A DNA stretch of 64,000 bases from Blastocladiella emersonii ATCC 22665 (GCA_025594325.1 JANHCV010000005.1:1-64000), one strand, 5' to 3'. Positions 44,210-56,429 are shown, numbered from the stretch's first letter. Made by a program: numbers and translations. Notes: a model not told the origin generated them from the letters alone.

Positions 44210-46851
44210 TCACTTGGTTGCCGTTGACGACAGCCGTGCGATGCTGAGCTCGGCCTTGGTCAGTGTCAGTTCGCTCTCGAGCGAGCTCACCTTGTTCATG
44301 TACCGCTCGTGCTCGTCGCGCCGTGCGCGCTGCTCGGCCGCGAGCCGTTCCCGCGCGTCGTCCAGCGCAGATTGCGTCTCGAGCGCGACAAACGCCTCGA
44401 CCTCGGCCTTGCGCAGCTGGTGCCGCACGTCCGCGACCGACGCCTTGAGCGCTCGTACCTCGTCCTCGAGCGCCATGCGCTCGGCCGCCCACCCCTCGCG
44501 GTCGCGCGTGTAGTCCTGCAGGAGCAGCTGGTACCGCTCCTCGGCGTCAGCCACCACAATGTCGAGCTCGCGGTTGCGCTGCTTGAGGTCCACGATCTCG
44601 GCGTTGATGTCGACCAGCGACTCGACCGACCCGACGAGCGACCCTTCCACGTCGCGCGCCATGGCGATGGCTGCCGCCGTGTCGCCGTCCTGCAGCGCCG
44701 TCGTCAGCCGCAGGTAGTTGGCCAGCTGCTCGCGCTGCTCCTTGATGACCGTGTTGAGCCGGTTGATCTCGAGGTCCTTGGCCACGAGCTCCGAGTTGAG
44801 CGCGTCGACGCGCGCCGCGGGGAGAGCCGCTGCCGCTGGCTACAGTTAAAAGAGGACGCGGGCAGCCGGAAGTTAGCGGCACGGTTTGACGTCGAGCGAA
44901 CCGTCGCGAAGCTGCAGATTTGAGGGCCGAGGACGAAGAACGTACCGTTGCACCAGGAATGACGGGTCCGCTTGGTGGCGGCGGGCCCATCTGGACTTGC
45001 GAAATGGATCCGGACGTGAGGATGAGGCGCGTGAGGTGGTCGATGCGCTCCTTGAGGGCGGTGCGCAGGAGGTGCTGCTCGTGGAGCTCCTCCTCGTACT
45101 TTTCCTTTTCGGCCTTGATCTGCATGAGCTCGAGCTGGCGCTCGCGCTCGAAGGCCTGGTTGGTCATCATGAGCTTCTCCTTGAGCTCCGAAATCTCCTT
45201 GCGGTACTTTTGCAGGAGCGCCTTGTCGTCCATGACGTGGTTGGTGTGGGCGCGCGTCACGACCTGCTTGACGCGGGCGGCGAACTTGAGCGTGTTGGTG
45301 CTCTCCTCGAGGTTGTTGGACGACGGAGAGATGGTGCACACAACCGTGACGCGCGCGTTGCCCGACAGCGACGACTGCAGGATGCGCGTCAGCTTCGAGT
45401 CGCGGTATGGGATGTGCGTTCTACGCGCGCACGATCGCAAGGATGAGTCGGACTGGTCGGGTCGGTGCTCTCGAAAACGAGAGAAACATACGCGCGCTCC
45501 TCGGTCAGCTTGGCAATGACGGAGCCGAGCGTGAGCAGCGAGCGGTTGATGTAGGAGCCCTCCTTGCGGCGGTCGACGTTGGTGGCGGCCTTTTCGCTTC
45601 CCGCGAGGTCGATGAGGTTGAGCGAGGAGATCTTGACCGTCTTGCCCGAGCGGGCCTGGCCCTGGCCGTTGACGGCGGACTCGCGCGACTCGATGACCAT
45701 CTGGAACAGCGTGTGCGAGCGGCTGCTGTGCTCGTTGTAGTCGGTGGTCGAGACGTGTCGGTTCGCTGTTCGGGAACGGCGGCGGTTGTGAGATTCGGGT
45801 GCAAGCAATCGCGGGAGCAAGGCGGCGCACCTTCACCGCGGGCAATGACCTTCATGACCTGGGTCGGGTTGGTGACAATCTCCTCCTTGAGCGGGGACAC
45901 GTAGACGCCGCGCTTGCGGTCCTCGTGGATGCGCAGATCTCGTGTGTCGGGGGCGAGCAGGTCGCGGATGGACTCGTTGTAGATCTCGAGGTAAGAGACG
46001 CGGAGGAGGAACTCGCGGCGGCCCTCGGACAGCTTGATGTACTGGAAGACGTCGTGGACGGCCTGCGGGATGACACCGGGCTCGGAGTCGGTGCCCATCA
46101 TGGTGTAGGTCTTGCCTGAGGAGGTCTGGCCGTAGGCGAAGACGGTGCCGTTGAAGCCCTCCATGGTCGAGTAGACGAGGGTCTTGACGGCCTCGGAGTA
46201 GAGCAGGGCGTTGTTGCTGCCCTCGTAGACGTGGTCGAAGGCGAACTCGGGCATGGTCGCGCTCGTCGGTGCGCCGGGCACGGCGGGCAGGCGTCGCTGG
46301 CGGTCGGCGACGCACCTGATGACCTGCGCGTCGGCCTCGTCAATCTCCCACGCCACGGAGCCGCCGGACGCCGCCTCCGAGTCGGTCAGCGGGCGCATGC
46401 GCACGGCGACGGAAACGTTCTCGTGGCGGCCCGCGGCGGCAGACGACGGCGTGGGCGACGGGTCGCGCGTCATGCGCGGCGGCGGCGGGTGATCGGACGC
46501 GGGCAGGCCCGGCGCAGCGGCCGCGCCGTTCATGTAGCCGGCGGACGGATCGCGCGAGGGCCCGGGCGAGGTCGACATGCTGCGGCCGGGCGGCAGCGGG
46601 CGGCCCGGGTAGAGGCGCGAGGGCCCGAGGAGCGGCGAGGCAAAGTGGGCGGATGCCGTGGGCGAGTGCAGCGACGAGGCGGACCCGTTGGCGGAGTTGG
46701 TGCCCGAGGGCCCGCGCGACATGCCGCGCGAGGGCGGTGTGCCCGGTATGCTGCGGTGCAGCGAGGCGGCGGAGGTGGTGCGCGAGGGTGGCAGTGACGA
46801 GGTGGGCGAGCCGAGCGGCGATCGCGCGCGCGGGCTGCGGAGGGACGACAT
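44210..46851 (-). CDS. Kinesin-7 (CENP-E/Kip2-like) motor protein, complement join(46851..45831,45765..45492,45420..44946,44839..44210), about 799 aa
   Basis: P-loop AYGQTSSGKTYTM, switch I NEHSSRSH, switch II LIDLAGSE, HIPYRDSKLTRILQSSL; C-terminal coiled coils; three GT-AG introns restore the frame. Confidence 0.92.
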
Positions 46852-47147
46852 GGTGGCGGCGGCGGGGGTGGCGGGGTCGATGCGTTGCGGTGGTGCGTGG
46901 TAGTCGGTTGCATTCAGCTGGCGTTGCTGCGGGTGCTGGTGCAGCGTGGGGAAGGAGGGGAGCGGCCGGTCAAGGTTAGCGGCCCAAGTCCAGTGGCGGC
47001 TGTCTCCCCGCGCGCACGTGCGCCTCTCCGCCGCGAGACACGCACGCGTCGCGTCCCGGCGCGCCCGTCGCCTCTCACGCTCGTACCCGCTCCTCCCGCG
47101 GATCCTCAACCACCCACCTCGGACGCTACGCAGCCCATGCAACCGTG

Positions 47148-49051
47148 ATGCTCGCCCACAACGTCGTCGAGCCGACCGTCATCGACGAGGACCTGCTGTC
47201 CAAATGCGTCAACGAGCAGGCCTCGGGCGACGCCGCCGAGATCGCCCGCAAGGAGGGCATCGACTTCCACGAGGTCACCTCGCTGCGCCTCGACTACAAG
47301 AGTGCGTGCCCGCGCCGCCGCGTTGCTGATGTCCCGGCGCCGCCCACTAACCCGACTGCTGCGTCCTCGCGCCAGACATTCTCAAGATCGAGAACCTGTG
47401 GCAGTTTGACTCGCTCACCAAGCTGCAGCTCGACAACAACATCATCGAGCGCATCGAGGGCATCAGCCACCTGCGCAACCTGCGATGGCTCGGTGCGCAC
47501 CCTGCCTCGCACTCGTCGGCGACAGCACTGACGCGCCGTACGAGTAGACCTCAGCTTCAACAACATCACCGTCATCGAGGGCCTCGACAGTCTGACCAAG
47601 CTGACCGACCTCTCGCTCCTCAACAACCGCATCACCAAGCTCGAGAACATGGACAAGCTCGTGCGCCTCAACGTGCTGTCCATAGGCAACAACGACATCC
47701 AGGACATGGCCGAGGTGCGCTTCTCCTCGCTGACACCGTGTGCCTACCCGCATCACTCACCGCGTTTCCCGTCGACAGCTGGCCTACCTCTCGCGCTTCG
47801 AAAACCTGCGCCTGCTCAATGTTTCGGGCAACCCGCTGTGCCGCAACCCTGAGTACCGCAGCTTCGTCCTCTCGCGCTTGCGACACCTCAAGTACCTCGA
47901 CTACCGCCTCATCGAGGGCAAGGCCGTGCGTGCGTCCACCACTCGCCTGCACCCGGTCGCCGCTCTAACCGCGCGCTCGAGTAGGTCGCCGCCGCGCGCG
48001 AAAAGTACATTGACGACATGATCGCCATCGAGGAGGAGCAGAAGATTGTCGCCAAGCAGGAGGCCGAGGCGCTGCGCCGCCGGGAAGAGGACGAGCGCTT
48101 CGCCGCCGCCTTCTTGCCGGGGATCCAGTCGCTGTTCGAGACGCTGATCGGCACCGACCAGGACTACCAGCGTCTGCTCATGCTCGGCCGCGAGGTCCTC
48201 GTCGACCTGCAGCACCAGTACCGCGACAAGTTTGACGCCGTGGTGCGCGACCTCGTTGCCAACGTGATTGCCCAGCACGAGGCGCGCGCCGACGAGGTGG
48301 CCGAGTACGCCGAGTGCCTCGAGGACACCATGGCCACCTCGGACGCACAGGGCCGCCGCCTGCTCGACGAGTTCATGCACGTCAAAAAGCTGCTGCTGCG
48401 CGACGTCATGGCCGGCGCACCCGTCGCCACCTCCATCACCTCGGCCGCCGACCCGGCGGTGCCGCTCGGTCCGCCCGCTGAGGAGCTGCGCACGCGTATC
48501 ACGCAGCTGTCCGACGACCTCCTGACCGCCGAGCTGGTCCTCGTCGAGCAGTTCGAGGACCTCGCTAAGGAGTTTGAGCGCAACTACCTCGACATGTGCA
48601 ACGCCGTCAAGGAGACGGCGACCGCGGCGTTCGCTCGCCTGCGCGAGCTCGAGAACGAGCACCACGAGAAGGTCACCGAGACGGTGCTCGCGGCATTTGA
48701 GCGGCAGGCCAAGGGCGACATGGAGGACGTGGACGATGCGCTGCGAGATGTACGTGGTGCTCGGTTCGGATCGGGATCGTGTATCGCCGCTCACCGGTTC
48801 GCACGGCGTAGCTCCTGCGCGACAAGGACGCGGTCAACAACCACCTGACGACGTCGCACGACTACCACCTGAGCAAGATCGACGCGCAGGAGGAGGCCTT
48901 CTCGAGCGGGCTGGCCAAGAGCACCGACGCCATCGTCGGCAAGGTGCACCAGTACGAGATTGACCGCAACCGCGACCGGCTGCGCGAGATTGTCATGTTC
49001 ACGGAGCGGTGCCACCAGGAGATTGAGCTCGCCGAGGAGAATGCAGCGTGA
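47148..49051 (+). CDS. DRC3: Dynein regulatory complex subunit 3 (LRRC48), multi-exon
   Basis: [10 protein letters not shown]...[40 protein letters not shown]-terminus, then coiled coil; introns e.g. 47302-47375 and 47493-47547. Confidence 0.85.
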
Positions 49052-49373
49052 ATGCCATAGATGCTCATGCTGCTTACACGGTTGTTTGAAGCGACTACGA
49101 CGGCCGCCACGGTCCGCGCCGCGCCAGAGCAGTCACATCGGCTTCTCCGAGCGGACTGCGTCAAGTGGATCCATGACAAGGGGATAGATTCATGCTTTCA
49201 TCGCCGTATGCCGAGAACAGCGACCTCGACCGAGTCGCGACTCGCGACCGAGGCTGAGCCGCGACCTCAGCAACGCCGCACGTGCGGCGCGCGCCGATCC
49301 CGCGTGGTGGCGTTGCTCGAATCGCAAGCGCGCGGCCCTCTCTCTTCGCTCGGGATCACAGCGTAGACACACC

Positions 49374-50621
49374 ATGAATCATTACAGCGACACGGATGAT
49401 TACGACGACATGGATCATTATCGTACCATGAAGCCACTAGACTCAGCGAAACTCGCCGTCCTCGACCTGCTCCGCGGCCTGGACACCGACGATGCCGTCG
49501 AGTTGCTCGAGTTCTGCGACACGCTTGCGTCGTTCGTGTACGCGGCAACGGATCAGCGCCGGCACTGGCCTCGAGGCTGATCAATTTCTCCCATGGCTGC
49601 ATAGCAACCGCGCGCCCGAGGGCCGCGACCATCGCAGGGCGCTCCCGTCGTCCCTCGCTCAGCTCGACCAGTGGTGCGAGGCGCGCGAGACGCTGGCGCT
49701 GCTGGCCGAGGAGGTCAAGGCCGAGCTCGACTCGCCGCTCGCCACGTTCGGCGACGAGTGTATCGTGTTCCCGCGCGCCGAGACCAAGTCGTCCGAGGTG
49801 CGCGCCGTGTCGCGTCGTGTTGCTGCGATCCCGTCACGAGGCTGACGGCGGACGCGTGTAGTTTGCAGAGATGAGCGAGGAAACGACCGTACACGTCGAT
49901 GGCTTCCTGTACGACGACGACGACATTGACGCGCTGTGCGATGCGGGCGAGCTCGAGCGGTACCGGTGCACCAAGTGCAAGGACAGCTCGGCCATGCAGC
50001 AGCTTGGTACGCTCCCCTCCTCCCGTCCGAGCACAGCAGCGGCCCCTAACACGAAGCATCCTAGACTTCATCTCGCACTCCATGACGCGCGAGGACCTCG
50101 AGTACCTGTTCCTGCACTACTTTGGCGGCCGCGGCGGCGAGCTCGACAAGCTGCACGTCCTGGACATTGGCTGCCGCACGGGCGCCGTCCTGTACGCGGC
50201 GATGCTGTACTCGCACTCGCCGCGCGTCATGGGCATCGAGTTGTCGCCGTCGTGGGCGGGCCTGTGCGTGGCCGTCGCGGACCGCCACCGCTGGCTAGGG
50301 CCCGGGTACCAGCAGATCGAGGTGTTTGCCGGCGACGTGGCCGACCACGCCCACATTGTGCGCGACGCCGGCGTCATCGTTATGAACAACGTTTTCGAGT
50401 TTTTCAGCGACAAGCCGCGCCAGCGCGATCTGTGGACCGGGCTTGCGGCCGCGTGGACCGGCGCAAAGTACTTTGTCGCGGTCCCGGCGCTGCACCGCCA
50501 GTGGAAGACGTGCGGGTGGCCGCGCGAGAAGGTGGCCGAGTTTGACGCGCAGTTCGCCGTCGACCACCGTTACGAGAGCGGCGAGATGGAGATGGTAATC
50601 TACAAGCGTCGCGCTGAATAG
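49374..50621 (+). CDS. Uncharacterised class I SAM-dependent methyltransferase-domain protein, multi-exon
   Basis: VLDIGCRTGAVLY (motif I), GIELS, GDV, VIVMNNVFEFF; upstream HVDGFLYDDDDIDALC...CTKC; intron 49532-49604 plus about two more. Confidence 0.75.
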
Positions 50622-50680
50622 ACATCGAAGTGTGGTAACTGTTGTTTGTATTGTATTCACACTCCTGATCACGCCGTCGA

Positions 50681-52474
50681 CTAGCGCGTGCCGAGGATCC
50701 CGGCGGCGACGAGCTTGCGGATCTTGTCGGCGATGGCGGGGTTCCGCATGTGCTCGCGGGCGGCTCCGGGGTCCTCCTGCATCTGCTGCAGGATCTGGTT
50801 CATGACGGGGTCGGACAGGATGGCCTGGATCTCGGGGTCGCGCATGGCGGCCTTGGCGCGCTCCTCGCGCGACTGCTGCGCGTCGCCCTCGCCGCCGTTG
50901 CCCGCGCCGTACATGGACGCGTAGATCTTCTGCATCTGGGCCTGAATCTCGCCAGCGTGCTTGCCCTCGACGTCGGCCTTGGACGCGAGCTCGCACGTCT
51001 CGAGGGCCTTGGAGTGCTCGCGCGTGAAGTGCTGGATGGCGGCCTTGCGGATGTAGGCCTTGACGAACTTGTCGTCGCGGGCGATGGCCGCGTCGCAGTC
51101 CTTGATGGCCTCGGGGATGGCGCCGAGCTTGTGGTAGCACGCGGCGCGGTTCGAGTAGGCGCGCGGGTCGGCCTCGTTGCGGGCAATGCCCTCCGTGTAC
51201 TCCTTGACGGCGTCGGCGTACAGCTGCTGCTTGAACAGGTCGTTGCCGCGGTCGCGCGCCGCGTCCGACAGGGCCGGGTCGTGGTACGCCTGCTTGCGCT
51301 GGGTCTCGAGCGCCTTCTCCGTGTCGCGCAGGCGCGTGAGCGTGTCGGCGGTGCGGTGCTCCATGAGCGACTTGTTGTAGGCCTTAATGGCGGCCTCGAG
51401 GTCGCCCTTCTTGACCTGGGCGTTGCCGATGCGGGCGAGGGCGCGGGCGATCAGCTTGAAGTCGGCGCGGTTGGAGCGGCCAACCTCAACGGCCTTCTCG
51501 CACTGCTCAATGCACTCGTCGTACTGGGCCTGCTCAAAGTAGACGGCGGCCATGTTGGTGAGGATGCTGGCCTCGGTCTCGTCGGACAGGGTCCAGGCCT
51601 CGTTGTAGTGGGCGAGGGCCGTGGCAAAGTCGCGCTTCTTGTAGGCGGCGTTACCCAGCTCCTTGGCGGCGAGCATGGCCTCGCGGCGCTTGGCACGCTC
51701 CTGCTCCTCGACGTCAATCTCCTCCTCGTGCGGGTCGACGGCCATGGGCGAGGCGGGGCGAGCGGGGCGGGCGGGCGAGGCGCTGCACGGAGCGGCGCGC
51801 TCGCGGGTGGGGGACGGCGAGCGGGAGCGCGAGCGAGCATCGGCGGCGGCGGGCTTGGCCTCGGCGGTGGCAGCGAGCTCGGCGGCCTCCTCCTCGGAGT
51901 GGGCGACGCCGAGGCCGAGGAGGGTGAAGAGGGTGGTCATGACCTTCTGGTCCTGCAGGTTGGACATGGCCGACTTGGGGTTGGCGATCATGGCGCGGAT
52001 CTTGGCGACGTAGGCCTGGTCGGCGAGGAAGGGGGCGAGCTTCGGGTTGGCGGCGATCTTGGCCCAGATGCCCTCGTTGAGGTGCTCGGCAAAGGGGTCG
52101 TTGGTGGCGGCCTCGAGGGCGTTGTTGACGTCCTCGAGCCCCTTGCGCAGCAGGGCGTTGTCGGGGTCGAGCTCGAGGCCGCGGCGGTACGACTCGCGGG
52201 CGGCGTCGAGGTTGCCGGCGCCGTGGTGGGCGGCGCCGAGGCGCGAGTAGCCCTTGACCCACTTGGGGTTGAGGGCGACCGTCTGCTCGGCGTCGGCGCG
52301 CGCGTCGTCGAAGCGCTTGAGCGAGGCGTAGGCGGCCGAGCGGTTGGAGAAGAGGACGTGGTTGGTCGGGTCGGCGGCGATGGCGAGCGAGAACTGCTCG
52401 ATGGCCTCGTCGAACTGGCCGGCCGAGAAGGCCTTGTTGCCGAGGGCCTTGTGGTGGTCAGCGGTCGATGCCAT
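50681..52474 (-). CDS. STI1: Hsp70/Hsp90 co-chaperone STI1/Hop (TPR-DP-TPR-TPR-DP), about 597 aa, intronless
   Basis: KALGNKAFSAG...LFSNRSAAY TPR1, TPR2A/B, C-terminal DPEIQAILSDPVMNQILQQMQEDP...KLVAAGI. Confidence 0.96.
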   Translation of the reverse strand: MASTADHHKALGNKAFSAGQFDEAIEQFSLAIAADPTNHVLFSNRSAAYASLKRFDDARADAEQTVALNPKWVKGYSRLGAAHHGAGNLDAARESYRRGLELDPDNALLRKGLEDVNNALEAATNDPFAEHLNEGIWAKIAANPKLAPFLADQAYVAKIRAMIANPKSAMSNLQDQKVMTTLFTLLGLGVAHSEEEAAELAATAEAKPAAADARSRSRSPSPTRERAAPCSASPARPARPASPMAVDPHEEEIDVEEQERAKRREAMLAAKELGNAAYKKRDFATALAHYNEAWTLSDETEASILTNMAAVYFEQAQYDECIEQCEKAVEVGRSNRADFKLIARALARIGNAQVKKGDLEAAIKAYNKSLMEHRTADTLTRLRDTEKALETQRKQAYHDPALSDAARDRGNDLFKQQLYADAVKEYTEGIARNEADPRAYSNRAACYHKLGAIPEAIKDCDAAIARDDKFVKAYIRKAAIQHFTREHSKALETCELASKADVEGKHAGEIQAQMQKIYASMYGAGNGGEGDAQQSREERAKAAMRDPEIQAILSDPVMNQILQQMQEDPGAAREHMRNPAIADKIRKLVAAGILGTR

Positions 52475-52779
52475 GGTGTCGATCAGTCGCGGGTGGTGCG
52501 TCGGGGGAGCGTGGGTGAGGGGCGGAGGGGGCGGGCCGTTTTGAGGAGCGAGTCGGAGTCGGAGTCCAAGTCGCAGCGAACCCGGCCGAAGCGAAGGGGC
52601 GCGAAGTTCACCGCGCCGCCCTGCCACGCCTGTCGGCCGCCACGCGCTCGGGCGGGCCCGCCGATTAGACGCGTTTTCCTGCACCTCATGCTATCGCGCC
52701 GCCGCCAATAAATAGCGGGGGCAGCCTCGCAAGAAACCCGCCCTCCCGCAGACGCACCACGTATCAACCACCGCCAACC

Positions 52780-54444
52780 ATGTCGACCACCCCGCCCATG
52801 CCCGCCGAGGCCACGCTCAACCTCGCGCCGGTGCCGCTGCCGGCCGACGCGGCGCCGCCGGCCGTCGCCAACAAGGTGTGCCTGATCGCCATCGACGGGT
52901 GGGGCGTGTCGCCGCTCGAGGACGCGACGGGCGACGCGATCCGCGGCGCCGAGACCCACGCCATGACGGACCTGCGCGACCGCCACACGTACACGACGCT
53001 GGCCGCACACGGGCTCGCCGTCGGCCTGCCCGACGGCCTCATGGGCAACTCGGAGGTCGGCCACCTCAACATCGGCGCCGGCCGCGTCGTCTACCAGGAC
53101 ATTGTGCGCATCGACCTCGCCGTCCAGCGCGACACGCTCGGCTCGCTGCCCGCCGTCGACGCCGCCTTCGCGCGCGCCAAGGCCACCACCGGCCGCCTGC
53201 ACCTCGTCGGCCTCGTCTCGGACGGCGGCGTGCACTCGCACCAGAACCACCTCTACTCGCTGCTGCGCGCCGCCCGCAAGGCCGGCGTCCCCAAGACCTT
53301 CATCCACTTCATCGGCGACGGCCGCGACACGGCCCCCAAGTCGGGCGCCGGCTACCTGCGCCAGCTGCTCGACTTCATCCACACCGAGAACGAGGGCTAC
53401 GGCACCGTCGCCACCATTGTCGGCCGCTACTACGCCATGGACCGCGACAAGCGCTGGGAGCGCGTCTCGCTCGCCCTCGACGCCTATCTCGAGGGCAAGG
53501 GCGATGTCATCGAGGGCGGCAACACGGCCGACGCGCTGGTCGCCGCCGTCGAGGCCCGCTACGACGCCGGCCAGACGGACGAGTTCCTGACCCCGCTCGT
53601 GGCCGCGGGCGCCGAGGGCACCTTTGCCAAGGGCGACACGGTCTTCACCTTCAACTACCGCTCGGACCGCATGCGCCAGCTCGTCGCCTCGCTCGACGCG
53701 CGGTGCGGCGCCTTCTCGCCGCTCGCCGCCACGGTCGCCCTGCCCGAGGACCTGCACCTGACGTGCATGACCCAGTACAAGGCCGACTTCCCCTTCCCCG
53801 TCGCGTTCCCCGCCCAGACCATGGACAACTGCCTCGCCGAGGTGCTCGCCAAGAACCACCTCGCCCAGTGCCACATTGCCGAGACGGAAAAGTACGCCCA
53901 CGTCACCTTCTTCTTCAACGGCGGCTGCGAGACCCAGTTTGTCGGCGAGGACCGCGTCCTGGTCCCCTCGCCGCGCGTCGCCACCTACGACCTGCAGCCC
54001 GCCATGTCGGCCGCCGCCGTCGGCGACGCCGTGGCCGCGACGCTCGCCAAGGAGACGTACCCGTTCGTCATGTGCAACTTTGCCCCGCCCGACATGGTCG
54101 GCCACACGGGCAAGCTGCTGCCCGCCATCGAGGGCGTCACGGCCACGGACAAGGCGATTGGTGTGATTGCCGCCGCGTGCAAGGCCCACGGCTACGTGCT
54201 CGTCGTCACGGCCGACCACGGCAACGCCGAGAAGATGCTCGACGACAAGGGCGAGCCGCACACGGCCCACACCACGGCCCGCGTCCCGCTCGCCATCATG
54301 CACCCGACCGACGGCGAGAAGGTGCGCATCGTCGCCGACGACGTGGCCCACGCCCTGTGCGATGTCGCGCCCACGGTGCTCGACCTCATGGGCCTGCCGA
54401 TCCCCGCCGAGATGGACGGCAAGTCGCTGCTGGCCAAGGCCTAA
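52780..54444 (+). CDS. gpmI: 2,3-bisphosphoglycerate-independent phosphoglycerate mutase
   Basis: LIAIDGWG, GLMGNSEVGHLNIGAGRVVYQD, AETEKYAHVTFFFNGG, ADHGNAE. Confidence 0.96.
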   Translation: MSTTPPMPAEATLNLAPVPLPADAAPPAVANKVCLIAIDGWGVSPLEDATGDAIRGAETHAMTDLRDRHTYTTLAAHGLAVGLPDGLMGNSEVGHLNIGAGRVVYQDIVRIDLAVQRDTLGSLPAVDAAFARAKATTGRLHLVGLVSDGGVHSHQNHLYSLLRAARKAGVPKTFIHFIGDGRDTAPKSGAGYLRQLLDFIHTENEGYGTVATIVGRYYAMDRDKRWERVSLALDAYLEGKGDVIEGGNTADALVAAVEARYDAGQTDEFLTPLVAAGAEGTFAKGDTVFTFNYRSDRMRQLVASLDARCGAFSPLAATVALPEDLHLTCMTQYKADFPFPVAFPAQTMDNCLAEVLAKNHLAQCHIAETEKYAHVTFFFNGGCETQFVGEDRVLVPSPRVATYDLQPAMSAAAVGDAVAATLAKETYPFVMCNFAPPDMVGHTGKLLPAIEGVTATDKAIGVIAAACKAHGYVLVVTADHGNAEKMLDDKGEPHTAHTTARVPLAIMHPTDGEKVRIVADDVAHALCDVAPTVLDLMGLPIPAEMDGKSLLAKA

Positions 54445-54530
54445 CCTTGTTCTAGTTGATGGAGTGTGTCTGTGTGGGATGGTAGTATTGCAAATGCATG
54501 TATTTACGCTTTCTGGACTGGACGCTGTTG

Positions 54531-56429
54531 CTATTGGGCGCGCAAAACGTACAGGTACGGCCCGCGGTGTACGACGAGCGTGTCGTGGCGGTCGCCGACC
54601 CACAGCAGGTCGACCGAGTCAGCGACGACCGAGGTCGCAAACTCGTCGTCGTCGTCGTCGTCCTCGCCGCTTTCAGACCCATCGCTTTTGGCCGCCTGGG
54701 ACGCGCTGTCGTCCTCATCATCCTCATCGACCCAGCCGGCCTCGTCGCCGCTCTCGTCGCTCCACGCGTTGTCGCCGTCGTCCTCCACAGCATCCTCGGG
54801 GACGCGGTTCCCGGTGCGCCAGCCGAGCTCGGCGCCGGGAATCTCCCAGTGGCACAGGACGAGCGGTGCGGCGTCTCCGCCGTCGACAATGAGACGCGGC
54901 TCGACGTGGCCGTCAAACGCGCGCCACACTTTCTCGGCCTGCTCGGCGCGGCGCACTTCGGCGGGCGATCGCGTGGGCGGCGGGCGGACGACGCGGCCAA
55001 ACTTGCGCACGGCATTGTCCGTGTTGCGGCCAAAGGCGAGGAGCGGCGGGTACTGCTTGCCGGACGCGATGTCGAGGACCTGGATAGGCCCGTGCGGCGC
55101 GGCGGAGATGGCGAGGTGGTGGGCGATGACCGAGGCGAGGACGCCGCGCGGGAGGGATCCCTCGTACAGGACCTCGGCGGGCGTGGGCATGGTCTGGTCG
55201 GTGACCGGGGTCTGCGACGGCGTGATGGGGAGGGTCTGGACGCGCAGCGCGCAGCCGACGAGCGGGGCGACCTCGTCCTCCTCGCCGGGGCGGCACTGGA
55301 GGGCGCCAGCGAGGAACTGGTGCCACTTGCGGTGGGCGAGCGGCGAGGTGGTGCCGGGGCGCAGGGCCGGGTGCTCGGTGAGGAGCGAGGGGCGGACCCA
55401 GGGGCGCGGGAGGAAGGCCTCGGCGTGGACGCCGTTGGTGACCTGCAGCTCCTCGGTAATGCAGCGGCGCGAGATGGAGTAGATGGCGACGGCGCCGCCG
55501 GCGTAGGCGAGGGCGATGGCGTCGGGGGCGAGCGGAGCGAGGTGGTGGTAGAAGAGGCAGGTGCGCGGGATCTCGGTGCGCGAGGTCGGGTGCAGAGTGT
55601 CCGGGTCGACGGTCTCGATGACGGCGTGGTTGGATTCCGGGAGGAGGTAGGTGAGGGCGCGGGTGCCGTCGGGGAGGAGGAAGGCCTCCTCGCTGTAGAG
55701 GTCGGAGGTGATCTCGCGGGCGGTGCGCAGCTCGTCGTCGGCGCCGGGGCGGTCCCAGTACCACCAAAAGAGGTGGTCGGGCTCGTCGTCGTCGGGCGAG
55801 GCGATGACGACGAGGAAGCGTGCGTTGGGCGAGTCGACGGCGATGACCTTGAGGCAAAAGTCGGGCGGCAGGTCGATGGCGGGGTTGAGGCGGCCCGAGA
55901 AGCGCAAGGTGGCGACGGGGTTCAGGTCGGGGAGGGTGACGACGTGGGCGCAAAAGTAGCGGGCAAAGGAGGCGGTGAAGCCGTGGCCGTTGTCACGGTT
56001 GGGGACGAGGACCTCGTGGCGGCGCACGGCGAGGGCGACGAGGTGGTGCTTGTCGGCGGCGAGCCAGTCGTAGGCCTGGACCGTGTCGGTCGGGTCGTCG
56101 GGTGCGGCGTAGTCGAGGCGGGCGACGTCGAAGCGGGCGGCGGCCCAGGCGCGGTGGAAGCGCACCTGGTCCTCGACGGCGGCCCACCACGAGACGGGCA
56201 GGTCGGCGAGGCGCGGCGCGCGGCCGAGCATGTCGCGGGCGAGATCGCCGTTGCGGGCGAGGAACAGGGCGTGGGCGACGCGCTCGTCGCGGGCGAGCGA
56301 GCGCATGGCACGGCTGGCGCGCATGACGGCGGCCACGTCGCGCGCAGACCCGATCGCGGCGAGGTGGGTCAGCACGGTGATCCACAGCTCGGGCGACAGG
56401 TCTGTGCGGGCAGTTTGTGGGTCTTCCAT
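54531..56429 (-). CDS. F-box-like domain protein, about 632 aa
   Basis: N-terminal LSPELWITVLTHL...RDVAAVMRASRAMRSL resembles an F-box; long open frame with host-like codon bias; start could be 56441. Confidence 0.65.
   Translation of the reverse strand: MEDPQTARTDLSPELWITVLTHLAAIGSARDVAAVMRASRAMRSLARDERVAHALFLARNGDLARDMLGRAPRLADLPVSWWAAVEDQVRFHRAWAAARFDVARLDYAAPDDPTDTVQAYDWLAADKHHLVALAVRRHEVLVPNRDNGHGFTASFARYFCAHVVTLPDLNPVATLRFSGRLNPAIDLPPDFCLKVIAVDSPNARFLVVIASPDDDEPDHLFWWYWDRPGADDELRTAREITSDLYSEEAFLLPDGTRALTYLLPESNHAVIETVDPDTLHPTSRTEIPRTCLFYHHLAPLAPDAIALAYAGGAVAIYSISRRCITEELQVTNGVHAEAFLPRPWVRPSLLTEHPALRPGTTSPLAHRKWHQFLAGALQCRPGEEDEVAPLVGCALRVQTLPITPSQTPVTDQTMPTPAEVLYEGSLPRGVLASVIAHHLAISAAPHGPIQVLDIASGKQYPPLLAFGRNTDNAVRKFGRVVRPPPTRSPAEVRRAEQAEKVWRAFDGHVEPRLIVDGGDAAPLVLCHWEIPGAELGWRTGNRVPEDAVEDDGDNAWSDESGDEAGWVDEDDEDDSASQAAKSDGSESGEDDDDDDEFATSVVADSVDLLWVGDRHDTLVVHRGPYLYVLRAQ

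Noticed and set aside
47130-47146. CCATGCAAC as an RFX X-box upstream of DRC3
   Set aside because: Only a half-site match
52780-54444. Bacterial-style iPGM as a horizontal transfer
   Set aside because: iPGM occurs in many fungi and other eukaryotes, and codon usage matches its neighbours
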